NCBI RefSeq assembly: GCF_004010195.1
Contig: NC_057749.1
Location: forward strand, 14,725,429 to 14,789,428
DNA length: 64,000 nt
DNA from: Chiloscyllium plagiosum
Taxonomy: Eukaryota
Reading direction: 5' to 3'
Part shown: positions 23,801-36,855 of the stretch, in pieces
How the letters are laid out: every line of letters starts with the position of its first letter
Numbering within the stretch: position 1 is the first letter of the stretch
Position numbers and translations under genes: made by a program
Notes under the pieces: generated by a model
What the model saw: the letters and a program-made list of their open reading frames with translations, nothing else
What the model was told of the DNA's origin: nothing
The model's database searches: none

Positions 23801-26339
23801 TGTTCTCCTTGCTGTCATGGCCATTACTGTTTCCATCAAACCAACTTTGTGGAAGAAAGTTATATCCAGTTGTTACTAGCTTGCTGTTTGTGGGATCTTG
23901 CTGTGCAGAGTTTGGCTGTTACAGTTCCTGACATTAGAACCACGACAGTAATTCATAGCTCTTTGGGGGTGTACCAGAGTTGTGAAAGGCACTATGTAAA
24001 TTGAAGTCCTTCTTTTATGCTGGATTCTAGTTGAAGTCTGACTGTATGACCCAGTGTGCTGAATTACACAATTTGAACTATAATTTGCATTACTGAAAAA
24101 TGTGTTGCTGGAAAAGCGCAGCAGGTCAGGCAGCAGCCAAGAAGGTCAAGAAGGCGGTGCTGAGTCTGAGGGTTGGGACTGAGAAAAAGTGGGAGGGAAG
24201 GGAAATGAGGAAGCTGGAGAAATCTGCAAATTTGGATAAGTTCATGAATAAGAAATGTTCAAGTGCAGGCAGGTGGGACTAGTTTAGTTTAGGTATAGGG
24301 CCTGTTTCTGTGCTGTATGTCTATGACATGAGCTAATGCAGAATTGTATCCAGGTATGATACTGAGCCAGAGAATGCTTTTGTTTGTTCCTGTAAGCGAT
24401 CTAATCAATGTTCTTTCTTTAATAGTGCTCCAGTTCAGATTCTTGGGCTCTGAAAGGTCACTGGACTCGAAACATTTTCTCTCTCCACAGATGCTGCCAG
24501 ACCTGCTGAGTTTCTCCAGCACTTTCAGTTTTTGTTCTATTTCAGATGCTCTGCATTGCTGTGAAGCTTAGGGCCAGTTCGGAGTCAGGCTCCCTTTTGT
24601 TGTACCCCATCAGCTTCCTCTGAAGGAGACCCCTGGCAATTGGCCCTCCTCTTCAACACTGCCCTGAGATAGCTAGTGTTCTGTCCCACACTGGGGGCAA
24701 TCTACCCACCAGCACGCACACTGAGGTAGGAGATAGTGGTGTAATGGTAACATCACTGGACCTGTAATCCAGACGTCCACCCTAATACTCTGGGGATGTG
24801 GGTGCAAATCTCACCATGATAATTTATCGGTCCTTGTGTGGTGTGGTGGTAATGATGCGACCCCTGGACTGGGAGGTCTGGATTCAAATCCCAGCTGCTC
24901 CAGAGCTGTGTAATAACATCTCTGAAAAGGGTGATTGGAAGAAATAGGTTACATTTAAAAAAGAAAGAATTGGTGAAATTTTTGTTCTGTCAATGAAATA
25001 AAAAATCAGTACCAGTGATGGGAACCCCAATCTGGTTCCCACACGTCCTTACCTTGGCTGGCCTACACTTAACACCAGACCCACAGCAATGTGGGTGACT
25101 CTGAAATGGCTGAGTAGGGCACTCAGTTCAAGGGGCAATTAGAGAGGGGCAGAAAATGCTGGCATGGCCAGTGATGCCCACATCCTGTGAAATCCCAGGC
25201 TAGATTTGAGAGAATCTATTAAGTAAGAGAATCTAAAGTGGGAAGGATCAGAGTCTACCATGTCTTTGTTTCCACTGAGACGGGGATCCTAAATCCTCTC
25301 ATCTCTCCCTGCTGTCTTCCAGCATCCTTGTTTCCTCCTCCTTCACCCTCACCCCATCCACTTTGCAAAGGTTTAGGGTCTGAGTGAAATTTTGGGAAGG
25401 GATGGGATAGTGGTTGCCTTGTCCTAATAAGTGTGTTTAATCCAGGTATAGTCCTCCTTCCTATTGGGATCCTCTGGAATAATATGTTTTGTTAATGTGT
25501 CAGGCTTTAATCCACGAGGAAATTGCCTGACCTCTGTGTGTAACCTGCTGGAGACTATTGCCATTTATTAGAGCTTCCGCAGTCAGTGCTCCTGTTCTTT
25601 CAGCTCCTGCAGCAAGTACTCAGGAGACTGGGAAGCTCAGTCACCGGCACAGAGAGTGAGCAATGCTGCAGCTACACCAGCCTGGTTTAACATTCCTCCC
25701 CCCAATCTCCACTATCCCCAATCCTTTTCAGTGGTCTCTCCACCTCTCAGCTCCTCATTGGGATCTAGTTCAGCAGGCACTTAAACTGCAGTGGCTGCGG
25801 GCATCAGTGCGCCCTGAGAGTGAGACGGGCTGTTCAACTCTGCAAGCATCACGATTGAGGCAATTGGAAGGTAGGAGAGAGAACTACAGACTGAGACACA
25901 GGGGCATGGGGGGAACATTAATTATTTACACGTTGGAAAGCGGTAAAGAGAGAAACCCAGAGATTGGAGTCACAGTGATACACGTTGGCCTACAGATAGA
26001 GAAAGCAGAATAACAGAGAGAATGAAAAGCACTGATAAGAAAGAACCACAAATGGAGAAATAAAAACAGAGATAGAGACAGCCACATCGATGTAGACAGG
26101 GAGAGGAAAATCACAGCACAAATTAGTTTTGATTATTCATGACCATAGGACAATGTGTTTTCAAAATGTAAAAAAAATCAATCTTTTTACTCCAGAAATT
26201 GAAAGGTATTGCTCCATCAGAGTTAGGTGTTCCCATTTCTCTGTGATATTATTCTCGTTCTGTGTGTTTCATGTGAATGGGCAGATCTACGTTTGTTTCT
26301 GTGTTTGCACACCACACCCCCCTCCCTGTATGTGTCTCT

Positions 26340-26840
26340 ATTTTTGCTCTTTTTGTGTGTGTGTCTCTCTCTCTGTCACTCATTATCTCCCTGTGCACTC
26401 GTGTTTGTCTGTCTCTCTGCTTCTCCCTCTGTCTGACTGGATCTCCTCTTCCTCTTTCCCTCTGTCTGTCTGTCTCCCATCCCTCTCTGAGTTTCTGTCC
26501 CTGTTCCTCTCTTTTTCTCTCCTTGACTGTCCTTTCAGTTCGGACTTTGTTGGTTTGCTTTTCTCTGTGGCTCTGTCCCTGTCTAAGAGAAAGAGAGATC
26601 TAAGAGAGAGACTCTCACTGTCTCTCGGTTACTTTGTCTTTCTCTCTCTCTATGTCTCACTCTCTCTTTCTCTCTCTCTCTCACTATCTGTTTCTGTGTG
26701 TATTTCTCTCTCTCTCTGTCTATCTCTCTCTCTCTCAGTGTATCTCCCTGTCTCTCTCTGCCTTTGTCTGTGTCTCTGTGAGTGTCTCTGTGTGTGCGCT
26801 GCTCGCTCTCTCTCTCTCTCTGAATGTGTGTGTGTGTTTA
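26340..26840. repeat. CT/GT-rich low-complexity tract
   Basis: (CT)n, ctgt and (GT)n runs; source of several spurious ORFs. Confidence 0.88.
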
Positions 26841-28034
26841 ACCGGGAGCTGGAAACTGGCTGATTTTGAATACTGTTCCTTTGGCTCGCTGGGAATGTCA
26901 AGGCTGTGAGACTCGGAATGAGACTGGCCAGACAAGTGAAGTTAGTCTAAAAAGAATCATAGAGAGTTGAGCTCGAGCGCGTGGAAATGTACCGTGGGGA
27001 TCTGTCAATGTCTGAACGAGACAAGGCAAGGTAACAGACGGAGAGTCAGGGGAGCTTTTGAGTGTGTCTCAGTTGGCGTGCTGGAGGAAGATTCCGGCAT
27101 GTCCCTGAGATTGCTTGTGATTGACAGGCTGTAATTGATATTACTCCCGTCCTGCACTCGCTCACAAGACAAAAGCTCATCTCGGCAGCAAAACCCTAAC
27201 CTGCTAAAGAACGGAGAAATTCCTCGGCTCTGGCATGGGCTGACATATCCAATTGCTTCTCTGTCCAGTGCTGCAGGCGTGTGTTTCTTAACTGGCTTTT
27301 CAATCAGCTAATGGCCCACTCTCCCACCCTATCCCCAGGGGAACCCTGGCTGACAAAGGGTTGATTGTTCCGTTCACCCCCCTCCTGCTCGGTTTTTGGA
27401 ACTTTTTTTTTCAGGGGGAGACAGCTAGGATTCCTCCACCCAGGGTGTTGAGGGCTGGCTAAGTCTCCACAAATCCTGGGTGTCAGACCCAAGTGACTGT
27501 GAGGCTGAGGGTGACAACGTGTCCTGGGGGGGTGGAGGGGGAAGAGGTGAGCCATGCATTTGTGTCTTTCCACCTTCCTGGTTTAGAACGCAGGAAAGAC
27601 TTTACATTTAGATAGTACTTTTTAACAATGTGAGAACACCACAAAGGTGTTTAGAGTTGGCTAAGTATTTGAATTGGGGTTTCACAGGCAAGGTAGGAAA
27701 TGCAGCAAATACCTCCCCCAAGCAGCAGTGACCCACTACTCTGCTTCAGGGATGTTGGGTAATGAGTGAATATATTACAGGGAAAAGTGCCCCTCTTCCA
27801 ATAGGAGGCTTTGAGCCAGATAGGGCCCTTTTCCTGCCTCATCTAAAACAAACAGCAACAGTGCAGCACTCCTGCAGCAGAGAGCTAGCCTCAGTAATGT
27901 ACTGGAGCGGGACTTTACACCTCCAGAATAAAACTCAGCTGCTGTGTCAGTCTTTCAGGTAGCAGAACAGCCCAAGGTACATTGACTCACATCTATCAAT
28001 CTCAAGAGAGGCAGCTGTCAGGGAGAATAGAATC

Positions 28035-28320
28035 CTTTCATAGAATCCCGCAGAAAGGGACCATTCAGCCCATCAAATCTGCACCCATCCACCAAAGGGC
28101 ATTCTACCTCTATCCCTGCATTCCCCATGACCTAACCTGCACATAGAGTCATCGAGTTGTACCACACAGAAACAGACCCTTCGGTCCAACTCATCCATGC
28201 CAACCAGATATCCTAAATTCATCTGGCCCCATTTGTCATCTTTGGATTGTTGGAGGAAACCGGAGCACCTGGAGGAAACCCACACAGACACAGGGAGAAT
28301 GTCCAAACTCCACACAGACC
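28035..28320 (-). mobile_element. HE1-type V-SINE fragment with an internal CR1 3'-tail insert (~28142-28235)
   Basis: ggaggaaaccggagcacctggaggaaacccacacagacacagggagaatg is the reverse complement of the V-domain. Confidence 0.78.
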
Positions 28321-30925
28321 CACTGTAGGGTAGCAGCTCAGCTGCTGCTCTGCTTGAGTTGGCATTAACTGGGCACAGATTGCACAATCTTCTTCTTGCT
28401 GCTGTTCAGTTAGCTCAACAGGTCAGACCGAGTTAGTGGAGATAGACAGCAAAGTTGCTGTGCCAAGTTGATGGGGGTGGAGGGCTTGGCGCCAATGTTT
28501 ATTTACCACCTCTCCACAGGAATGGAGCTGGAGAGAGTCAAAGGGAAGGAGAGAGTCGGAGATAACGATGACATAAGGGCAGAAATCGGATTTCCAGAAT
28601 CTGCTGTATTTTGTCAGTTTTGCTATTTATTTATGAGATGTAGGAATCCCCAACCGGACTAGCATCTAATACCTTTTCCTGATTGTGCTTGAGGAGGGTC
28701 AGTAGTTGGTGTGGTTTCAAATAGCTCGTTTAGTTTGATTTTGATTTGACTTTGATTTTATGTCATGTGCATTCAAGTACAGGCGTCCAGTGAAAAATGC
28801 ATAATGTCACCACACAAGGTGTTATCTTGGGGATAGTACTGAGGTACAGAATCATAAGAACAAGGTAGAAAGAAAGAACAAAGTTAAACGCTAAACATTG
28901 CAGTGATTATAGTGCAGTGTAAAGCATACGAAATAAGGTTAAAAGTTACACATTGCAGAGCTTCTTAGTTTTAAGTAGAATTTAAGGAAATAAAGCTGAA
29001 AGTTCAAACGTTATAGGCTTTGTTAAGTGCATAGCAATGGTGGGATTACACTTTGAGGAATCACCTTGAGATCAGAAGTCCATGCTCAGGCCACATTGGT
29101 TTTGTTGTCCAACCAAGTGGCTTTCTCAGACGTTTCAGAGGGCAGTTAAGAGTCAGCCTTATTCCTATGGGATAGAGTCACATGTAGGTCAGACCAAGTA
29201 AGGACAATGGATTTCCCTCCTTAAATGACGATAATGAGCCAGACAGGTTTGAACACCACCACAGTCATTTCATGCTCACCGCCTTTTATTTAATCCATAT
29301 TAATTGCATTTAAATTCCTGTACTGTGGAAGTTGTGCAAGTGTCTCCTGATCAGCGGCCTTGGGAATACCTCTCCACGATCTGTGATACTGTGCTTTTTC
29401 TATATGAGAAATGCTGGTCGCCTCCTGTGTCTGTTCCCTCCACAAATGGTCAAAACCTTCAGGGCCAGGTAGGCGAGAAAGCATAGCAAAGTTCAGTTTG
29501 CCAAGCAGATGGCAAAGTACAATCTGTGTTTCTTTGCCTTTAACCTTATGGCAATAAACAGAAAAGCAATCGCTTCAGGAGTGGGGTTTGCTTATCCAGC
29601 CAGCAAACATTGGGTGTTTTTCTTCCTGTGGCTGGAGAATGATATTTCCTGAACTCTCCTCTCCACCTTCCAGCTGTCTCATCACTCGTCCTGTTTTATG
29701 CAGTTTGGATCCTACGCCCTGCGTTCGGAAAGCTTCTGAATTTAATTCTCAGGAACACCCTATGGGTCATGACCGTACCTATGCAAATGAAATTTTGTGA
29801 TGCTCTCAGTCTGCACCCGTGTGTGACTTTCCTTTATCAGCTGCCTTTGTTATGAAATTAGCTGACAAAACCAACAATGAGCTACAACCTTTTGGTTGTA
29901 CAGAACTTAAGTATTGCTGGATAAAGATGCATGCAACCAATATGTCTTTGTTTAGTGAAAATCACAAGAATGCCAAAAATGTAAGGGATGCCAATTTGTA
30001 CTGAATGAAAATATGGTTCATGGCATCACTCTGCAATCAGCGTTCACTTGACAACCATTCAGCAGTCTCTTCTCATCCAGGATAAATTGTTGTTCCCTGT
30101 ATGATTTGCCATTCTTGCAATTCAGTCCTGATGATTGCAAAATGAAAAACTTTTGACAGTACTTTTTTAATTTTAGCAATACTCTTTCCCTTCCAGGTGC
30201 CCCGCTCTCCTTGAGTGCAGTTTCCTCATTGCCTGGCAATGTCTAGACACTCGAATTGTTTGAGTGTACAAGCGTCAGATTCCAGTTAGATGCTGAGTAT
30301 TTTGTAATTGGGTTGAACACCCCTGGGGGTTAGGAACTGAAGAAGAGAATTGACTCAAGATTCTGAATGCCAGTTGCTGCTCACAGTGGGAAGCACAGAG
30401 ACCAGGGAGGAGTTGCTGGGTCTGTCAGAATCAGGTAGCCTGGAGTTTTACAATAGGGCAGTGCCGACTACCCCTGACCTGTTGATGGGCCACGAATCAA
30501 GGTGTATAACTTGAATGATTCCCAAGCCTAAGGATGAAAGTAAAACCGAAAGAATGAGGTAGGCAACATTTGAAAGAACGAGGAAATGGTACCTATGGTG
30601 ATGAATCTGCCGTCACTTCTTTTATTCCCTGTGTACTTGTGAGAGAAGTTAACGATTATCTGCCAGTTCACTCTTACCACGTATGCTGTGTTGGTATCAA
30701 ATGTTCGACCTCAGCATTATTTACACGTTGCAGTTTGTCACCTTTTACGAAGCTTCTCTCTCTCTCTCTCTCTCTCTCTTTGTCTACTTTATTGAGAGAC
30801 TCTCAGTTCCTGGTGCCCACAGGCCGTGGAATACAGATTTTTAACACATTACAGAAACAATTACGCATTCAACGAGCGCTGTGTGTATAATGTGTCTCTT
30901 TTGTGTTTTAATTTGTGCCCACTGA

Positions 30926-31066
<141 letters not shown>

Positions 31067-31647
31067 TGAATATATAATATAAAAGGTCATTTTGTACAGA
31101 GCAGAGCTGATAACATTTCCAGACGGGTTCTGTTTAATGTGGGCCAGTTTGGTATTGAATTATGGTCTGCCCACACTCTTTATTGCAATGCTTTGTCAGA
31201 TGGCATCCAGACAGGTTTACGATGAGGGAATAAAGTTGGGAGCAAGTATTTTGCCGGTGTTAACACCAACTTGCATTTATAAAGCACTTAAATTTAGTAT
31301 ACGTACTTCAAGGTGCTCCACATTGGAAAGTTATCAAGTATCATCTGATACTGAGTCCCAAGAGAATGGCAAAAGCTTGGTCAAAGAGGTAGATTTTAAG
31401 AAGCATTTGGAAGGAGCGGGGCGAGAACTCCAAGGCTGACACCCCAGGCGTTGAGCACATTGTCACTGGCGCAAGAGTGGGGAAAAGCTGAGATGTGTTG
31501 TGTATTTGCTCCGTTGTTCATTTCTCCTTTCAACTGAGCGATGACCCTCATGGTTAAGCACCATGGTTTAAAGTAGAATATAGAGCTCCAGAACCGCTGT
31601 GGGGCAGAAGGAGGTCTGTGGGCCCAGCCTGCCTGTAGTGGTTCTTC

Positions 31648-34600
31648 ATAGAGTCAGAGTCATACCGCAAGGAAACAGACCCTTCGGTCCAACCAGTTCA
31701 TGCTGAACAGTATCCCAAACTAGTCCCACCCGCCTGTTTCTGGCCCATAACCCTCCAAACATTTCCTATTTGTGAACTTATCCAAATGTCTTTTAAACAT
31801 CGTAATTATAGAACATAGAACATTACAGCACAGTACAGGCCCTTCGGCCCTTGATGTTGCGCCGCCCTGTCATACTAATCTGAAGCCCATCCCACCTACA
31901 CTATTCCATTTGCCTGTCCAATGACGACTTAAATGCACTTAAACTTGGCGAATCTACTACCGATGCAGGCAAACCCTTACTACTCTCTGAGTAAAGAAAC
32001 TCCCTCTGACATCTGTCTTATACCTATCTCCCCTCACTTTAAAGTTGTGTCCCCTCGTGTTTGCCGTCCCCATACTTGGAAAAAGGCTCTCCCAGTCCAC
32101 CCTATCTAACCCTCTGATTACCTTGTATGTCTCTATTAAGTCACCTCTCAACCTTCTTCTCTCTAACGAGAACAGCCTTAAGGCCCTCAACCTGTCCTCA
32201 TAAGATATTCCTTCCATATCAGGCAACATCCTAGTAAATCTCCTCTGTACGCTTTCCAAAGCTTCCACATCCTTCTTATAATGCGGTGACCAGAACTGTA
32301 CACAATACTCCAAGTGTGGCTGTACCAGAGCTTTGTACAGCTGCAGCATAACCTCATGGTTCCGGAACTCAATCCCTCTATTAATAAAGGCCAAAACTGT
32401 ATGCCTTCTTAACAACCCTGTCAATCTGGGTGGCAACTTTCAGGGATCTGACACCGAGATCTCTCTGCTCATCTGCACTCCCAAGAATACTACCATTAGC
32501 TCAGTAATTTGCATTCCGATTACTCCGGCCAAAGTGTATCACCTCACACGTGTCCACATTAAACTCCATTTGCCACCTCTCAGCCCAGCTCTGCATCCTA
32601 TCTATGTCTCTCTGTAACCTACTACATCCTTCGTCACTATCCACAACTGCACCGACCTTAGTGTCGTCCGCAAATTTACTAACCCACCCTTCTAAGCCCT
32701 CATCCAGGTCATTTATAAAAATGATGAACAGCAGCGGACCCAACACTGACCCTTGCGGTACACCACTAGTAACTGGACACCAAGATGAACATGTTCCATC
32801 AACTACAACCCTCTGTTTTCTTTCAGCAAGCCAATTACTGATCCAAACTGCTATGTCTCCCACAATCCCATTCCTCTGCATTTTGTATACTGTGGGGAAC
32901 CTTATTGAATGCCTTGCTGAAATCCATATACCCCATATCAACTGGTTTACTCTCATCTACCTGTTTGGTCACTTTGTCAAAAAACTCAATAAGATTCGTT
33001 AGGCATGACCTACCCTTCACAAAATCATGCTGACTGTCCCTGATCAGATTATTCTTTTCTAGATGGTTATAAATCCTATCTCTTATAACCTTTTCCAACA
33101 CTTTACCAACAACTGAAGTGAGACTCACTGGTCTGTAATTACCAGGGTTGTCTCTACTACCCTTTTTGAACAAGGGAACCACATTTGTTATCCTCCAGTC
33201 CTCAGGCACTATTCCTGTAGACAACGATGATTTGAAGATCAATGCTAAAGGCTCGGCAATCTCTTTCCTTGCTTCCCAGAGGATCCTAGGATAGATCCCA
33301 TCTGGCCCAGGGGACTTGTCTATTTTCACACTCTGCAGTAATTCTAATACCTCTTCATTGTGAACCTCAATCTCTTCTAGTCTAGATGCAAATATTTCTG
33401 TATCTTCCTCGCCAACATTTTCATTTTCTATAGTGAACACTGTCGAAAAATATTTATTTAGTACTTCCCCTATCTCCTCTGACTCCACACACAACTACCC
33501 ACTATTATCTTTGATTGGCCCTAATTTAACTCTCGTCATTCTTTTATTCCTGACATACCTATGGAAAGCCTTAGGGTTAACCCTGATCCTATCCGCCAAC
33601 AACTTCTCATGTCCCCTCCTGGCTCTTCTGAGCTCTCTTTTTAGGTCTTTCCTGACTTCCTTGTAACCCTTAAGCGCCCTGACTGAATTTTCACATTTTG
33701 TCCTAACATAAGCCTACTTCTTCTTGACCAGGGATTCCACTTCCTTAGTAAACCACGGCTCATGCATGCTATATCCTCCTCCCTGCCTGACAGGTACATA
33801 CTTATCTAGGACACACAGGAGCTTTTCCTTGAATAAGCTCCACATTTTTAATGTGCTCATCCCCTGCAGTTTCCTTCCCCATTCTACGCTTCCTAAATCT
33901 TTCGTAATTGCATCGTAATTTCCCTTCCCCCAGCTGTAACTCTTGCTCGGTGGAGAACACCTGTCCCTTTCCATCACTAAAGTAAACCTGACAGAATTGT
34001 GATCGCTGTCTCCAAAGTGCTCACCTACTTCCGTATCTAAAACCTGGTCAGGCTCGTTACCCAGTACTAAATCGAAAGTGGCTTCGTCCCTTGAAGGCAC
34101 GTCTGCATACTGTGTCAGCAAGCCCTCCTGCACACACTGGACAAAAACTGACCCATCTATAGTACTCGTACTGTCGTGATCCCAGTCAATATTTGGATGG
34201 TTGAAGTCCCCCATGACAACTACCCTGCCTCTCACACTCCTATCGAGAATCATCTTCCTCAGGGTTTTCATTCCACACACGAATCACCCCCTGTGTAAAA
34301 TATTTGCCAATCCTGTTTTTTTAAAAATTACTCTCCTTTCATCTTAAAAATGTGTCTCAAAATCACCCATTGTAGGGAAAAGACACCCACTGTTAACACT
34401 ATCTATACTCGTCATGATTTTATAAACTTCTATAAGGTCACCTCTCAACCTTTTATGCTCCAATGGTAAAAGGTCCCAGCTTATTCAGATTTCTTTATTG
34501 CAAAAACCTTCCATACAAGGCAACATTCTGGTAAATCTCATCTGAACCCTCTCCAGCTTAATAATATCCTTCCTGCAACTGGGTGACCAGAATTGGACAC

Positions 34601-34720
34601 AACATTCCAGTAGAGGCCTCACCAATGTCCTGTACAACATCAACATGATGTCCCAACTCCATTACTCAAAGGACTGAGCAATGAAGGGAAGCATGCGAAA
34701 AGCCTTAACCATCCTATCTA
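31648..34720 (-). mobile_element. Older CR1 3' fragment (31648-31808 plus ~34256-34720) split by a younger CR1
   Basis: The LINE 3' UTR stops at ttttaaacatcgtaatta, and the expected continuation (ttcattccacacacgaatcaccccctgtgtaaaa...ataaggtcacctctc) resumes after the inner element. Confidence 0.7.
31809..34255 (-). mobile_element. 5'-truncated CR1-clade LINE, ORF2 with frameshifts (end of APE endonuclease, RT, C-terminus)
   Basis: VVVMGDFNHPNIDW and DSDHNSV (APE); KSPGPDGIYPRIL, GNYRPVSLTSVVGK, GVPQGSVLGPLLF, SKFADDTK (RT); PHLEYCVQFWSPH, RGDLIETYK; tail (ttctatg)n at ~31809-31822. Confidence 0.96.
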
Positions 34721-34999
34721 GAAGTCAAGTGAACATTATTACCTCGTGCCAATTTCTTGCCTTTGTCGACATGGCCTTGTACTCTATTTCAATCCAAATA
34801 ATCATCGAATGCCCCGATTGAATGCCTCAATTGAACCTGCCTCCGCCACATTTCCAGGCAGTGCGTTTCATGCCCCTAACTACTCGCTGGGTGAGAAAAG
34901 GTTTTTCTCCCATCCCCCTGATTGCTTTCGCACTTCACTTTAAAACATTGTGGGCTCGCGCCTCATTCTAGGTTTCAGGTTTGGTGCAGGTCCAGATCA

Positions 35000-35236
35000 C
35001 TTGGTACTTTTTCACGCAGAGGGTGGTCCGTGTATGGAATGAGCTGCCAGAGGATGTGGTGGAAGCTGGTCCAATTGCAACATTTAAGAGGCATTTGGAT
35101 GGATATATGAATAGGAAGGGTTTGGAGGGATATGGGCCGGGTGCTGGCAGGTGGGACTAGATTGGATTGGGATATCTGGTCAGCTTAGTCGGGTTGGACC
35201 GAAGGGTCTGTTTCCATGCTGTACATCTCTATGACT
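35000..35236 (+). mobile_element. CR1/HER1-type LINE 3' end
   Basis: ttcacgcagagggtggtccgtgtatggaatgagctgccagagg...catctctatgactc. Confidence 0.88.
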
Positions 35237-35974
35237 CGGCTTCTCACTGTGTTAAACCCCTTCCCTGCTCGCTGCCTCAGGTACCTGCTGTGCTGTATAC
35301 GCCTCTGGATCAACAGCGCTATGTGGTGTTTAGAGACCAGTGAGGCTCTGTCCTAGCCTACTTTCCCCTTGCAGCCAGCACCACCAGAAAAGAGCTGAAC
35401 TGCTCACTCACCTCAGACTCTGATCATGCTGTGCACACATTGGCTGCCATTGTTGTCTAGATAATAGAGTGACTGCACTCTGGATGCAAAGATATTTTTC
35501 TCTCGCTGGCATGCTAAAAATATAAATATTTATTTCCCCTCATTTCTTTTATAAAAAAACTGCAAAAGCCTCAGTTTGAATAAATTCAGTGGTCTGTTCT
35601 TTTACCGTCAGTTCAATTATTTCAGGTGGTACTGGAGTCTAGTGACAGTAATAAGGATGGACCAGATGTCTCTGACCTTTCTAAAACACTTGGGCAGGAA
35701 CCTGGCATTTTTCCTTCTCCTCATTCTCCTACAGACAAGAGTAGCCCACTCGGCCCTTCTAGGCCTACTCCCCCATTCAATAAAATTGTGGCTGCTCTGG
35801 CTTTAACCTCGACTCTGCATTCTTGCATATCCCCGAGAATCTTTCATCTCTTTGGTCTGCCAGTTACCTCCGCCTTACAAATGTTTCAACCTTTTTGCAT
35901 CCACTGCCTTTTGGGGAAGGTAATTCCAAAGTAAATTTGTAAATTTAGTAAATTTGTTAGTAAATTTGCAGGGG

Positions 35975-36855
35975 GTTAGTAAATTTGTGGATGAAACTAA
36001 GGTCGTTGTGGATAATGACAAAGGATGTTGTAGGTTACAGAGAGACATAGATAAGCTGCAGAGCTGGCTGAGGGATGGCAAATGGACTTTAATGCGGAAA
36101 AGTGTGAGGTGATTCACTTTGGAAGGAGCAACAGGCATAAAGAGTACTGGCCTAATGGTAAGATTCTTGGTAGTGTAGATGAGCAGAGAGATCTTGGTGT
36201 CCAGGTACATAGATCCCTGAAAGTTGCCACCCAGGTTGATAGGGTTGTTAAGAAGGCATACAATGTGTTAGCTTTTATTTGTTGAAGGATTGAGTTTTGG
36301 AACCATGAGGTCATGCTGCAGCTGTACAAAACTCTGGTGCGGCCGCATTTGGAGTATTGCGTACAGTTCTGGTCACTGCATTATAGGAAGGGTGTGGAAG
36401 CTTTGGAAAGGGATCAGAGGAGATTTTCCAGGATGTTGCCTGGTATGGAGAGAAGGTCTTATGAGGAAAGGCTGAGGGACTTGAGGCTCAGAGAGAAGAA
36501 GGTTGAGAGGTGACTTAATTGAGACATATAAGATAATCAGAGAGTTAGGTAGGTTAGTCAGTGGGAGCCTTTTTTATTGGATGGTGATGGCTAGCACGAG
36601 GGGACATAGCTTTAAATTGAGGGATGATAGAAATAAGACAGATGTCAGAGGTAGTTTCTTTACTCAGAGTAGTAGGGGTGTGGAACGCACTGCCTGCAAC
36701 AGTAGTAGACTCGCCAACTTTAAGGGCATTTAAATGGTCATTGGATAGTCATATGGACGAGAATGGAATAGTGTAGGTTAGATGGGCTTCAGATTGATTA
36801 CACAGTTAGGTGCAACATTGAGTGCTGAAGGGCCTGTATTGTGCTGTAATGTTCA
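35975..36855 (+). mobile_element. CR1-clade LINE 3' ~0.9 kb, same subfamily as 31809-34255, opposite orientation
   Basis: CEVIHFGRSNR, MLQLYKTLVRPHLEYCVQFWS, RGDLIETYKIIR, KTDVRGSFFTQ. Confidence 0.92.

Noticed and set aside
26129..26935. 244-aa and overlapping ORFs
   Set aside because: Microsatellite-derived composition with no domain signal.
31809..34280. Active LINE or domesticated RT gene
   Set aside because: 5'-truncated and broken into four frames by frameshifts and deletions.
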